A stretch of 64,000 bases of DNA, taken from NCBI RefSeq assembly GCF_000485595.1, contig NW_014577062.1, positions 1,012,012 through 1,076,011 of the forward strand, read 5' to 3'. A program made the position numbers and the translations under genes. Under the pieces are notes generated by a model. It searched no databases and was not told the DNA's origin. It was given only the letters and a program-made list of their open reading frames with translations. The stretch comes from Priapulus caudatus. Its lineage: Eukaryota. This document shows, piece by piece, positions 1 to 29,900 of this stretch (the first letter of the stretch is position 1; every line of letters begins with the position of its first letter).

Positions 1-1208
1 CTTCGTGCACCCTGTGTGGTCTGTTCGACAGGTCTAATGGAAAAAATGATATTGCTCCGTCCTATATAGTCCTATATAATATGGAGAATATATATGATAT
101 CAGTTATTTAATGGTATCTCGTTAACATTACTATACTATAGGTGTACAGTATATGATATTATGTATTAAACGTGCGTAGAACGTTAGCAATTAAAATGTA
201 CGAGATTTAGATCAGGAGGCTGTTGTCAGAAACATCGTAAAGTGCTAATGTTAATGCTAAGACTATAATGCAAAGCCTAATTTTGTTTCTGGCGACGGGG
301 CCCCTGGGGTACATAATTAGACTCGTCTTGTGTGCTCCTGCAGCTACAACTCACCGTCGCTTCTCGTCGTCCTGGTTGCTTTCATTTACTCGTCGCTGCA
401 ATTGCTATATATAGTTTTCTCTGTCACATGAGATGATAAATAACCCGATTGGCGTGCACGAAAATGACAGCAGTTTGACAGCAGTTGATGATAAAGCATT
501 CCATACTGGCTCTAATTCAAATGTGCGACGACCTGCCTCCATTTCGCTCACGTGATACGCTATGTGGTTTATGTCGCTCGTTCGAGCCACTTGTGCTATA
601 TCACATTAACACTCGGAATGCTGATGCTAGTACGATAACACGTAATTAAAAGTGAGATTTGCATATTTCTCTGCTCGGGTAGATGCGCAGAAATCTGCTA
701 GATCGAGAAGCCAGTTACGGAGTCCAAAGAGCATGCAATTCTCGTCGCCCCAGAAGAGCTTGTAAACACGAGTGTTAGTTTGGCAGGTTTAGGCGTGATT
801 GCTTGCTTAGCGACGATGCGATTCGTACGGAAGAATGTTATTGGTGATGCGATAGTAGTGGTTATGGTGGGGATAATGTACGACACACGCGCACGCGCAC
901 GCACACACGCACGCATTCACATTTATTTATTTATTCACGTATGTGCTTAGTAAGGTTTCTCGCTTTCACTTATCCTGTTGTACAGGAAAAATTTATATTC
1001 CATGTATTCAGGTATATATATGTTTGTCTCTGTCTGTCTCTTCTTCCTCTCTCTGCCTGTTTGTAATTAAATCACACACACTATCTCTTCTTCTATACTA
1101 ACCCATACCATCGCTCTCTTCCTTCACCACTCTCTTCTTCTACAGCATTTTCCACTGCTCCTACTCTGTATAGCTGCTTTAATCATATCGGTGCACTCTG
1201 TGTTGTAG

Positions 1209-2294
1209 ATTTCCTTGCTGTGGCAAGTGTTACCCATGCGACGTGTGTCACGAGGAGAAAGAAGATGGCCACGAGATGAAGTTTGCATCCAGAATGATTT
1301 GCGGATACTGCTGCAAGGAGCAGGTACGACAATATATCGTACGCTTCGCAGTACTCGTTGGTCGTACTGCACCGAATTCTGGCAGAGAGTGCCAATGTGT
1401 AGCAGTGTGACAATGTGACGTCACATTGATTAATCAAATTGATTACGACTCGTCATCGAATTGTCAAACGCCCTACACACTATGTCACTTATAATTATTT
1501 GAGCGTGGTGTTTCGATGGGTGGCGTCATGGAAGTTTCGAGTTTTTGATTAATATGTCTAAATGTGATCAAGACGATGTTTAACCGCGTGGCATTTCCTT
1601 TGCAGGCGTATTCGCGTGATAAGCCGTGCGTGGCGTGCAAAGGCGCGGTGACTAAGCACACTGGTATCTACTGGGAGGGAGGCAAAGGCTGCAGAGACAA
1701 GGTCAAGATGAGCAGGTCAGATTTTCTTCAGCTTCATCTAATTTAGCAGCATTAGCAGTCTTCCAGACTAATGAATAAACGTTTTCGCTGAGACTCACAG
1801 TTGTCCCCTTAATTATGATTCAATGAACTATAATTGGTTAATTCATATAATATTACATAATTCATTAATTAATATTAAGTCGATCATATTCCGGTACACA
1901 GAATCGGCTTCTAGCACGGTGTACACGATTTAACAAGATGTTAATCAGATCGTGGTGGACATGCCTGGTCACACTAAAATAATTGTGCATGCATGTTCAG
2001 CAAAGATCCGAGTGAAAAGGTCTGCGTAATTTCACGATTGTTTCGAATTAACAAACAGCAAGCACACATATTAATCAGTGCTTACAGGAAATACGTAAAT
2101 ATGATTCTTGTTACTATGAGGATTCTTTAAGGGTAAACGTAGTAATATTGTCGTGAAATGGAATTTATTTGCATTTCGTTACATGTGCATTGTTATACTG
2201 TTGTAGAAATGATGCCCAAAAGTTTAGTGATACCAACAAGACCATCTCCAGAAAACAGCAGGAATTAAGCAAGAAAAAATCTGGCAAGAAATAG
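1209..2294 (+). CDS. 3' part (last 3 exons) of a CHY-type zinc-finger protein gene, resembling the uncharacterised S. pombe C18H10.09-like family; 5' exons lie outside the window
   Basis: Exons 1209-1323, 1606-1715, 2207-2294 have canonical AG/GT and consistent phases. They splice to FPCCGKCYPCDVCHEEKEDGHEMKFASRMICGYCCKEQ-AYSRDKPCVACKGAVTKHTGIYWEGGKGCRDKVKMSR-NDAQKFSDTNKTISRKQQELSKKKSGKK*. CHY pattern and the WEGGKGCRD motif recognised from memory. Confidence 0.85.
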
Positions 2295-3311
2295 ATGGAA
2301 GGACAGGACTAACCACTAGAATGGTCTTTCGGTTTAAGTTCAAAACAGATAAATAAGATAACAATAGTGTATGTGTGTATAATGGCAGCAACTTGAAGTA
2401 ACTAACTACTGCAGTGAAGTTAGTGTGTTAATCACTGTTTTCACTGTGAATGATTACACTTTGTACCAGTACTGTATTTCATGTGTTTGGATGTTGGTTT
2501 ATATATAGTTAAAGATAGATTGATATACATATCAGAATTTCTAGGGTGCCACGCAAACTTAATCAGGAAATGCAAAGTAAAACAGGGAGTGTTCCAATCA
2601 CGCTAAACTTTATTTAATATGCTCAAATGATCAGATACAATGTGTGGGCTGGAAGTGGTTGATTAAGAAATTAAGAGGGATTGACTATTTGTACATTAAC
2701 ATGAGCGATCATTATTGCTACCTTAAAAATACATTAATTAAATGACTAAACCATGGATTATGGATACCTATAATAGATATATAATATATAAACAAAAATG
2801 CAATTAAATAGAGATATTCACAAGGTTTTATTTACTGTGACCATTCTATTAGAACAAGTGAAAGAAATGTCAATAGAACGGGTATGCATAGCATGGCGAA
2901 GGTAAGCTGCAAAACAATCATCAAGATACTGAGATTCCATAACTACAGCTTTAACATCAAGTATTCAACACTGAAATTAAATTGTCAAGACACTTTGGAA
3001 ATGGGATTGGACATGCTCTCACATGAGCACATCCGTTAACAATGGTCAGGCTATAGGATGATATGCGAATAACATGCACGCATGACACATTGTCCAGGCC
3101 CGAAAAAACAACCACAGCGTTAATAAGATTCTTGTATAGCTATGACGAATGCTAATGAGATAGAGAGGGAGAGACAGCAGTATTAGACAACAAGTAAGCT
3201 AATACGTTATCAGAAATAGAATTTCACATCTCAGACTAATGCCTGTCTGCAACAACAACAATATGGATTGGACAGTGTGCTACTGCATAAGAGACGAGAG
3301 ATAGGTACAAT

Positions 3312-3993
3312 CAAGAGTCCATAATAGAGACGAGTAAGACACTGTTTTACAGCGTTTTGCGTAGGTTTCAACTTGAATTTATTCTATCAATATGTGAATA
3401 AATATATTCAAACTACCTTGTTTTATTCTCTGATTCTCCCTTAGTCATATGACCCCACCAGTTTACCTGAAAATCGTAACTGTTCTTCAAAAAAGTTCTT
3501 TGAATACGACACGGTGTCACACACTTTTCCTAATTGTTTGCATGACATGGATGAAAGTTTATAGTGGCGGAAGCACCAGATTTGTTACTACTGGACGCTG
3601 GGGGCTGTTGGGGATATTAGGTAAGCACAGTAACAGCACTTGTTTCGCTTCTTGCTGTGCGAGATAAGCGCCAAACCATGCCACAATTCGATGCCTAACA
3701 GCCCCCAGCGTCCCGTAGTAACAAATCTGGTGCTGCCGCCACTATAAACTTTCATCCATGTCATGCAAACAATTAGGAAAATTGTGTGAAACCGTGTCGT
3801 ATTCAAAGAACTTTTTTGAAGAACACATGCGATTTTCAGGTAAACTGGTGGGGTCATATGACTAAGGGAGAATCAGAGAACAAAACAAAGTAAAGTTTGA
3901 ATTTTATTCACATATTGATAGAATAAATTCAAGTTGAAAACTACGCAAAATGCTGTAAGACAGTGTCATACTCTTCTCTATTATGGACTCTTG
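3312..3993. mobile_element. Palindromic MITE with long TIRs (about 300 bp), P-superfamily-like
   Basis: Starts CAAGAGTCCATAATAGAG and ends CTCTATTATGGACTCTTG; arms about 3312-3620 and 3690-3993 are reverse complements; 7-bp TSD GTACAAT at 3305-3311 and 3994-4000. Confidence 0.85.
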
Positions 3994-4421
3994 GTACAAT
4001 ATAAGTGACAGTATTTTAAGCTGCACGTGATGTAGGCCTAACTAGTAGTCTAACTGGCAAAGAGTACAGCAGTGATAAGACCGAAACTAATATGTCGTCA
4101 TCGATTCCATAAAGCAGTGTACGCGCGGTAACATGCCCTTCACACTGATCAATGCGGACATTGGCTTATGTCACCAATATTAACATGATCGTAGGTGAAC
4201 GCCATAGATGCCCTAACCGAGCATGACAACCATTTCTGTAACTTGCTTATCCATGATGGGCTTGGTAGGGCTTCCACGCGGACAAAGTAAATACTCCTGA
4301 CTGAGTAAAAACCTGGTACCCGTCGTCAGAAACATCACGAATGGTGACGACTATAAGATAAGTCTAAAATACAATAACTTTTGCAGGACACTTCACTTCA
4401 ATATTCATGACGTTTCATAGT

Positions 4422-4642
4422 TAACTAGACAGAGGGCACTCACGGAGAGTGCATACCTCCGCGAGCATGTAACATGTATGTGCTCGCTGGTGGCGGCTGC
4501 TGACTGACTCGCCTGCTGCTAACTCGCCGCTCACTGGTGGCTGCTGCTGACTCGCCACTCACTGACTCGACGCGCTATCGATCGCGCGGTGGCTACACAC
4601 ACACACGAGACCGATTACATGACCTCCGTTGCGCGGCGGTAT
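4422..4642 (-). mobile_element. Short HINE/non-autonomous Helitron-like repeat
   Basis: ACTAGACAGAGGGCAC end (also seen near 19495), internal short tandem repeats and (CA)n, small terminal hairpin. Confidence 0.4.
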
Positions 4643-6102
4643 AGACAATCATGTCATAACTACTTACAATTCTGACAACGGATCCCTAGGGCAGCAGTTT
4701 ATATTGGGCATTGCCTAGCAGCAGCAGCAGCAGTGTGACATTAGTGCAGTGCCAGATACAGCTAACATGCTCACCGTCATTTCATTATCCATGTACCATC
4801 ATATCAGCGCCCTACCTCAAAGAGCGACAGTCGAAAAAACTCCAATTGTCCATCGATTTGCATTTATTCCAACATGCCAAATAGGCAAACAATAAGTTAA
4901 TGAGATTGGGCCGAGTGTGCAAAACTAGGCGATTCCACAGCGGGGTGTTCTCTAGGTAAACATTCGGTGCAGTGACTAGCAGTTTTGTCGTGCAGCACTC
5001 CAACACTTTGTATCATTTCATTTTACACGGAACAGGTAATTGAAAACGGGGTCGTAGCACGTTCTGCACGTGACACACGACACTGCAGCTCTCCGCTTCA
5101 CATATGACAGCGATAGCCTTCATATCTCTCATCTGTCCGTTACCGTGAACTATTGGCACACAAATTTGCTACCGAATGTCGTGAACAGCTCAACTGTATC
5201 ACATTCTACAGAGTAAATCCATGCAAACCACTTGGGGACGGTAACAAGGGATAGGACAGGAACCCTAACCCTTCCCCCACGCCCTCACTCCCCATCCTAT
5301 CCAGGGAGTAATCACATTCAACACACTCAACGGCTTTACTTCGTAACAGCCAGCTTTATATATATTTCATTGCTAATAATGCCTTTAATATCTTACACGG
5401 GTTTCTTGACACACTATCATGAAGGAAAACCACATAAATACATACAACTGATATGTAGTTATCGCTCACACACATCCGAGACTCATTACCACTCACATAT
5501 CACGCGTCAAAATAACTACATGCACGTTTAAATAACGGCCTCCCTGTTGTTGGCTTCTTCAATCCACAGAAAAAAGCACATATTGTGATTGAAGTAAAAT
5601 AGAATAAACCATGCGACTATCAAAAAAAGGTAAAATTGTAAAGTTCTTTAAGGACAGTAAAGTTCCTTATATTGATGGGTACGTGTAAATATGTGATTAT
5701 GCTAGAAGCAAACATCTCTCACATGCGCACATTCATCGTAAGATTTGACTGTGCCATGCCACATCTCTACCAGAACCAGGTTTCAAGAGTACAATATAAT
5801 CGGAATGTCGAGTGGCTCTACTTCCTGTATGCCACCCACAACCAGTTGTTCCCGATAACGAAAAGCGTCAAATCGGTGTTTATTAATTTACAAATAAACG
5901 GTTAACTTCATAAACCATGTTATTTGATGATTGCTTTGATATTTCGTTTAATGACGTCTATATAATCCGTCATCATGGAAATGCCTAACATCCAGATAAC
6001 AATTAGTAACAGTGACATTAATTTTTAAGTAGAATAAAGGGAGGGCATGTAGCAACTGAAGCTAGATCTGTTACCCTGGCGCTCCTCTTCTCGCTCCGTC
6101 AC

Positions 6103-23601
<17,499 letters not shown>

Positions 23602-23715
23602 TTTTCATCGCCGTCCTTTCTCCTACACGCAAATTTTGTATTCTTGTAATATTGGCAGTGTTACTAAATTTCCGAATATTACCGAAGATTCTCGAAGATT
23701 CGATACCCGAAACTA

Positions 23716-23735
23716 AAACTGCACGGTCATCATGA
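23716..23735 (-). promoter_or_regulatory. Antioxidant/electrophile response element (Nrf2/CncC-small Maf site)
   Basis: Minus strand TCATGATGACCGTGCAGTTT matches the extended consensus TMAnnRTGAYnnnGCRwwww with one mismatch; 250 bp upstream of GCLM, a classical Nrf2 target. Confidence 0.7.
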
Positions 23736-23875
23736 TAGGCAATAAATAAATAAATTGATGTGCACACATCTTACAATGAACACTTACGAAATTCAGTCTA
23801 TCTATACCTCGTAAGTTGTGGTTCGATACATGAGCATTAGTTTGTGTTTATCGCATTAAAGATAAGAGAACAGTA

Positions 23876-23883
23876 TATATAAG
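23876..23883 (+). promoter_or_regulatory. TATA box candidate for GCLM
   Basis: TATATAAG fits TATAWAWR, about 105 bp upstream of the ATG. Confidence 0.55.
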
Positions 23884-23984
23884 GCGCTGACGGCATTTAG
23901 CCTTTACAAATTACAAGTTTACCGTTTATGTAGACTTCGACCCGATCGTAGCACATAGCATAGCACAAGCACTTGAAGCAGGAG

Positions 23985-26900
23985 ATGGCAGAGCCGAATG
24001 TAAATCCTCATCATATCCAGCTAAAGGCTGCAGAAAATCTTATTATACACACAGGGAACATCGCAAGTTGGAGTCGCCTACGAATGACAACAACGTCTCC
24101 GGCAGAAGAGGTATTATTACGAACCGTTACGTTAGTAAATTGGAAGGTATTATTTACCCGACCGTCGTGTACCGAGTGATGAAAAATGGCATTGCGTGCA
24201 CGACCGTCGTGTACCGAGTGATGAAAATCGCATTGCGCACACGACCGTCGGGTACCGAGTGATGGAAATGGCGTTGCGCGCACGACCGTCGGGTACCGAG
24301 TGATGAAAGGAGGTGNGGAGGAGGCGGAGAAGGGGAGAGAGTGGTGGAGAGAGAGGGAGAGTGAGGGAGGAGGAGGGGAGGGGGAGAAGTGTGAGAGGGG
24401 AGAAGGGAGCAAGCTGGTGGGAAGGAGGAGGGGGAGAAGAAGCGGCAGAAGGGAGGAGGGGCGAAGCTGGGTGGAGAGAGGAGGCAGGGGGGGGGTGAGA
24501 GGAGGGGGAGAAGGAGGAAGCGAGGCAGGGGGGGAGAAGCTGGTGAGAGGCAGGAGGAGGCTAGAGGCGAGCGCGCGAGAGGGGGAGGACTGGTGGCGGA
24601 AGGAGCGAGGGGAGAAGTGTGTGGAGAGGAGGGGAGAAGTGGTGAGAAGGAGAGGAGACAGAGCTGGAGGAGAGGGCGGAGAAGCTGGTGGAGGAGGAGG
24701 AGGAGAAGCTGGTGAAGAGGGAGAGAGCCACCTGCTCCCAGCCTCTCGCTTCTCCACCAACCTTCTCCCTTTTCGCCCCTCCTTCTCCGACCAGCTTCGT
24801 CCACGCCCTCTTCTTCTCCACCACCTTCTCCCTTTTCCCCTTCCCTTCTCCACCACGCTTCTCCCCCTCCTGCCTTCGCGCCACCGACTTCTCCCTTCTC
24901 CCCCTCCCTCCTTCTCCACCACCTTCTCCCTTCTCCCCCTCTCCTTCTCCACCAGCTTCTCCCGCCTCCTCCTTCTCCACCACCTTCTCCCTTCTTCCCC
25001 CTTCTCCTCTCCACCAGCTTCTCCCCCTCCTCCTTCGCACCACCTTCTCCTTTCCTCCCCCTCCTCCCCCTCCTCCACCAGCTTCTCCCCTCCTCCTTCT
25101 CCAGCTCTCCCTTCTCCCTCCTCCTCCTCCCACCTCCCTCCTCCTCCACCTCGCGCTTCTCCCCGCTCCTCCTTCTCCACCACTCTGCTCTCTCCACCAG
25201 CTTCTCCCCTCCTTCTCCACCAGCTTCTCCCTATCTCGCCCCTCCTCTCCTTCTCCACCAGCTTTCTCCCCCCTGCCCTCCTTCTCCACCACCTTCTCCT
25301 TCTCGCCCCTCCTCCTTCTCCACCAGCTTCTCCCCTCTCCTCGCTTCTCCACACCTCGCCTTCTCCCCCTCCTCCTACCTACCCACCAGCTTCTCCCCCT
25401 CCTCTTCTCCACCACCTCTCCCTTCTCCCCCTCGCTGCCTCTCATCCACCAGCTTCTCCCCCTCCTTCTCCACCACACCTTCTCCCCTTCTCCCCCTCCT
25501 CCTCCTCCACCAGCTTCTCCCCCTCCTCCTTCTCACCAACTTCTCCCTTCTCCCCTCCTCCTCCTCCACCAGCTTCTCCCCCTCCTCGTTCTCCACCACC
25601 TTCTCCCTTCTCCCCCTCCTTCTTCTCCACCAGCTTCTCCCTTCTCCCCCTCCTCCTTCTCCACCACCTTCTCCCTACTCCGCCTACTAGTGTGCACAAC
25701 CTATCGTAACACAAAGACGAGCTGTCATTGGTCGGGTCGGGGAGGGGCGGGGCTATCTCAAATATTTCGCACTCGGCAGATATTTCGCGCGACACCGGTC
25801 GTCCGGTCGTCCGTCCGTCCGTCAACAGTTGGGCACAAATCTTAACCGCTCGTACGGTGACGATATTCGGGTCGTTGTGGGGGATCGTCAAAACGAGTTG
25901 GGATGTCGAAGCTGGGGGTCAAAGGTCAAAGGTCAAGAGGTGTAAAAGAAGGGGGAACATTCACTCCTTAACTTAAGGTATAGGGAGGAAATGCAGAATT
26001 GCGGCACAAATCTAAACGGCTCGACCTAGGCTCGTGATAGTCGGTGTATAGCATATCATGGTAGGAAAAGCCATCACTGTGCCGAAATTGGAGGTCACAG
26101 GTCAAAGGTCAATGGAGCACAGGGCAGATTTTAGACATTTTCTGAGGACATGGTCTGACGGAGCAATTGGAAAACTTTTTTGTTTCAGCGGTGACCTATC
26201 ATTTTTATGGCTTTATTGAAAGGACCATGAAATGTGCTTTCCACTGACGTGCGAAGAGTAAGTGTCTGATAACCTTTTGACCCTCAAGAGGAGGGTTAAA
26301 CATGGATTTGTTGACTGTTAACAATGGAGTGAACTGATTTTGCTATTAGAGCCTCCTCCCCCCACCCTCCATCTGCGATAGTGGGCGTGTCCTAACAATG
26401 ATGTGTACGCAACTGCGTGTCTACATATCTGCGCCTAACAAATGTGGTACTACGCACGACTGAAATTTTACGTTTATAATCGTAGCAACAGACCTCAGAT
26501 GAGCCCAGACGCTCTGCGGCTCTTGTTTAATGTTATTTTTAGTCCAAAATTCTAGGTAGGGTCGCGTAACCGTAAAAAACAATTATTATTTTTTAAATGG
26601 CAGTTGATCATGCGGTCTTTGTACTTTTAATGGACCACGCACCCTGTTGACATTGATAGCCATTGCTATCGATATTGCTCCCAAAAATACATTTCCAATC
26701 GGCCTGGCCCTCCTACTCCTAGGATCAAAATGTACAAATCTATAAGATGAACGGTTATACTTCTTTTCTTAATCTTAAAACGTTGAACTTCAGGAACTTC
26801 ATGCTCTGATCAGCTAATGAAGACCTATATTCAGCTGGTACCGCAGCCGGTCTAGCAGTAAAGCAGAAAAGGTCTATGTCCCTAGGGTACTCCACCTTAA

Positions 26901-29900
26901 AACGCAAACGATTACGTTTCTATAAAGTCTATCTGTTATAGACACATGTCTTAGCTATATGTGAATTTTATGTGAGTTTATTGAAGCACGAGTAGTTTTA
27001 ATATGCGCAAATATGCGTGCGCGGTATCGCTTATATGCTAATACACGCGCGGCTATGGCCGGTAGGAAAGTGTACTAACTATCATAATCATATGGCGCGA
27101 ACGATTTGAGTTACATTTCTATAAATTCTAGCTATTATAGACACATGTCTTAGCTATGATCCCTGTGAGCCTTGAGTTTATTGACGCGCGATTAGCTTAA
27201 CTAATTAGCAAATCTATACGCACGGTATGTAAAATTCTTTGCGAATGCAGCTCGTAATAGTGTATGCGGCGGGGTATGCAAAATGAAATCGATACATCAA
27301 GAATTCAATTTTTATCCTCTAATCACAGGTCGATCGAGCAATTCCTCTGTTTAGATGCATGTCTAAATACAAGGTCATTGCTCAATCAAATAGTTAATGA
27401 GCCAATTAATTTAATCGTGATACTGCATGGTTATTTCAGTTGGTGTGTACAGTCAGTTTAGTACAGGCATTTGAGAAAAAGTCCCCCTGTACATTTCTAA
27501 ATGTTTTGCATGGCCTAGGTCAAGTAATAACACAACCGAAATTCGGTATTTTGAAAGAAGCCCCCCAAAGGTACCCTTACACAAGTTTTGAATGTTCTAG
27601 GTCAACTAATAACGAAACGTGCCACCTTCGTAACAAAAAATTTATGTTCACCTCTGTGACCTTGAAAAGTATGTCAAATCGAAAACCCGGGTATAATGTC
27701 ATGTATCCTCATTAGATGTATCTATGATAAAAATTTGGTGATGATCCGGCCAGCGGTTGAGGAGTAATTGCACTTTTTATGTTTTAAGTTTTGGCCCCCT
27801 AGTGGCCAAGTGAAGAATCAAATCGGACTGAAATTTGGTGTTTGATTTCGTCTGATCTAGGGGTACATGTGTACAAATAGCCCAGTGGTTACAAAACGTG
27901 CCCTGCTAACAGACGACGCCGACGCCAGACAAAACGTGATTGTAAGAGCTCACCAGGAGAGCTAAAAAACAACCATTGCATCAAATCAATTACCAGTTAT
28001 CATCAAAATGCAAAACACCAAAAGAAAAATGATAAAACAATGTAGTTGTGTATCAATGACTAAGTATTACAAGTTATGCACTATGAAGACTAACTTTCAA
28101 CACCAACTATGAATGAAAGTACACAGCAGAAAAGAAACAAGACATACATATATATCATGTATACATATGCCACTAGTAAGATGCATACATAATTGATAAA
28201 AGGGTACATGAAATATGGAATAGAAAAGCATTAGGTTCTGTTGACTGACAGGCTCCATCGACACAACTTAGGTGACACAGAAGATACACTTGTAGCTGCT
28301 GTTGCTCTCAGGATTAACTGTTGGCAAATTGGCACACTTGTTATGCATCCAGCGATTGCAGTTATCACACTGTGTCCATGCTATTCTTTCCCCAGCAGGT
28401 TTCCCACAGAACGGGAAGTCGCAGATTATGTCCTCATCATTACATTTGGCGTGGTGCAGTAGCCTTCCTAAAATGTACTTGCGATAAATTTCACAGTGGA
28501 ACTGCCGCATAACAACAGGTGGAACATCCTTGAGTAAGGCCTCGGCATTCTGCAATGAATATGATGGAAATAAAAGACTCGTGCAGCAATTACATGTACA
28601 GTTACAACTATAATAAACTAAATTGACGGAATAATAACAACATACATGTATGTTGGCAAAAATAAATCACAAGAAAATGAAAGCTACAATTACGGACCTT
28701 GTGCTCGCCCCAGTGTTAAAAAAGTAAAATTTCCCATGTGAACCCCCTTGGTAAATACTGCAACCCGGAAAATTTTTGTAGGCGTTTCAATTTTGCGGTC
28801 ATGTCGGGTCCGCAAAGTTAAAACGCGCAAATATTACGATCACTTAATGATCCAACTACAGCTAGTTGGTGAATCGTCCCGCAAAATATAAACGCGTTAA
28901 ATGCAATATGGGACGGAAATAATGGGTGATCGGCAAACTAAAGCAGCTGCAAAAAATTTCTTAGTTACAGTATATCAGAGAACACACCATTAATGGTCTA
29001 TTACAGGCCCGTAGCCAGGGGGGGTTCGGGGGTTCGAACGAACCCCCCACCACCGAGCCCCCCAAGCAAAAAAATTTTTTTTGAAAATTTGCAAGAATTT
29101 CACCTCAGGTCGCTCCATTTTAGTGTAATAATTGCAAAATCTCCATCGTGCGGGAGGATGAACAGTGAACACCCCCTCCCACACCCTCCCCCTGCTCGGT
29201 CGCTTGGCTCCCTCGCCTGGTCGCTTCGCGCCCAAGCAGGGGCGTGTACAGGGGGGTCCAGGGAGTCCGGACCCCCCTTGCTCGCGCAGAAAACGCATCT
29301 GAGGGGGTATAATTTTAAAAAATTTTCCCCAGACCCCCCCTTCGTGTGCTCGCAACTTCGGGTTACGGTTAGACCCACCCCTGGTACAAATCCTGTACAC
29401 GCCCCTGCCGAGCAAATTGCCAACATTGAAAAACGAACCCCCCCAATATAAAGCTGGCTACGGGCCTGTATTACCATACATCTGGAAACAAAGAAGGTGG
29501 ATGCCCGATCAGGCTCTGACTGAGAAAATCGCCAGTGACCAACTATACTAACTAATTAATTGTATGTGCTAGATGGCTGATATTGAGTTTCAGCCATCTA
29601 GCACATACAATTAGTTATAGTAGTTGGTCACTGGCGATTTTCAAGTCACACGCCCTGTTGGCCATATTGGATATATCCGATAAGGTTGATACCTGCAGAT
29701 ACTTTTCAATGTGTAATATAATTGGACATAATGGTGACTAAATAGAAAAATGTTTGAATAAACTAGAAAGGGCAGTTGTCGCCAACTACATGTATCCCCG
29801 TGATCTAGTATGAATGAAATATCTCTGTAAGGATGTAGAAGGTAGGTAAAGTTAAATAAGTCACAAAGACTAAGGTTTGTTACACAACTCATCTGCCTGA

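Larger units (their letters stand above)
23602..23984. promoter_or_regulatory. Divergent (bidirectional) promoter region ZFR/GCLM
   Basis: Start codons at 23601 (-) and 23985 (+) are 383 bp apart. Confidence 0.85.

Noticed and set aside
3449..3857. Twin ORFs starting MTPPVYLK on opposite strands
   Set aside because: They are the two arms of the palindromic MITE, not genes.
24011..25891. Long Glu/Gly/Arg- and Pro/Ser-rich ORFs (305-469 aa)
   Set aside because: Stop-free reading of a low-complexity purine/pyrimidine repeat inside an intron.
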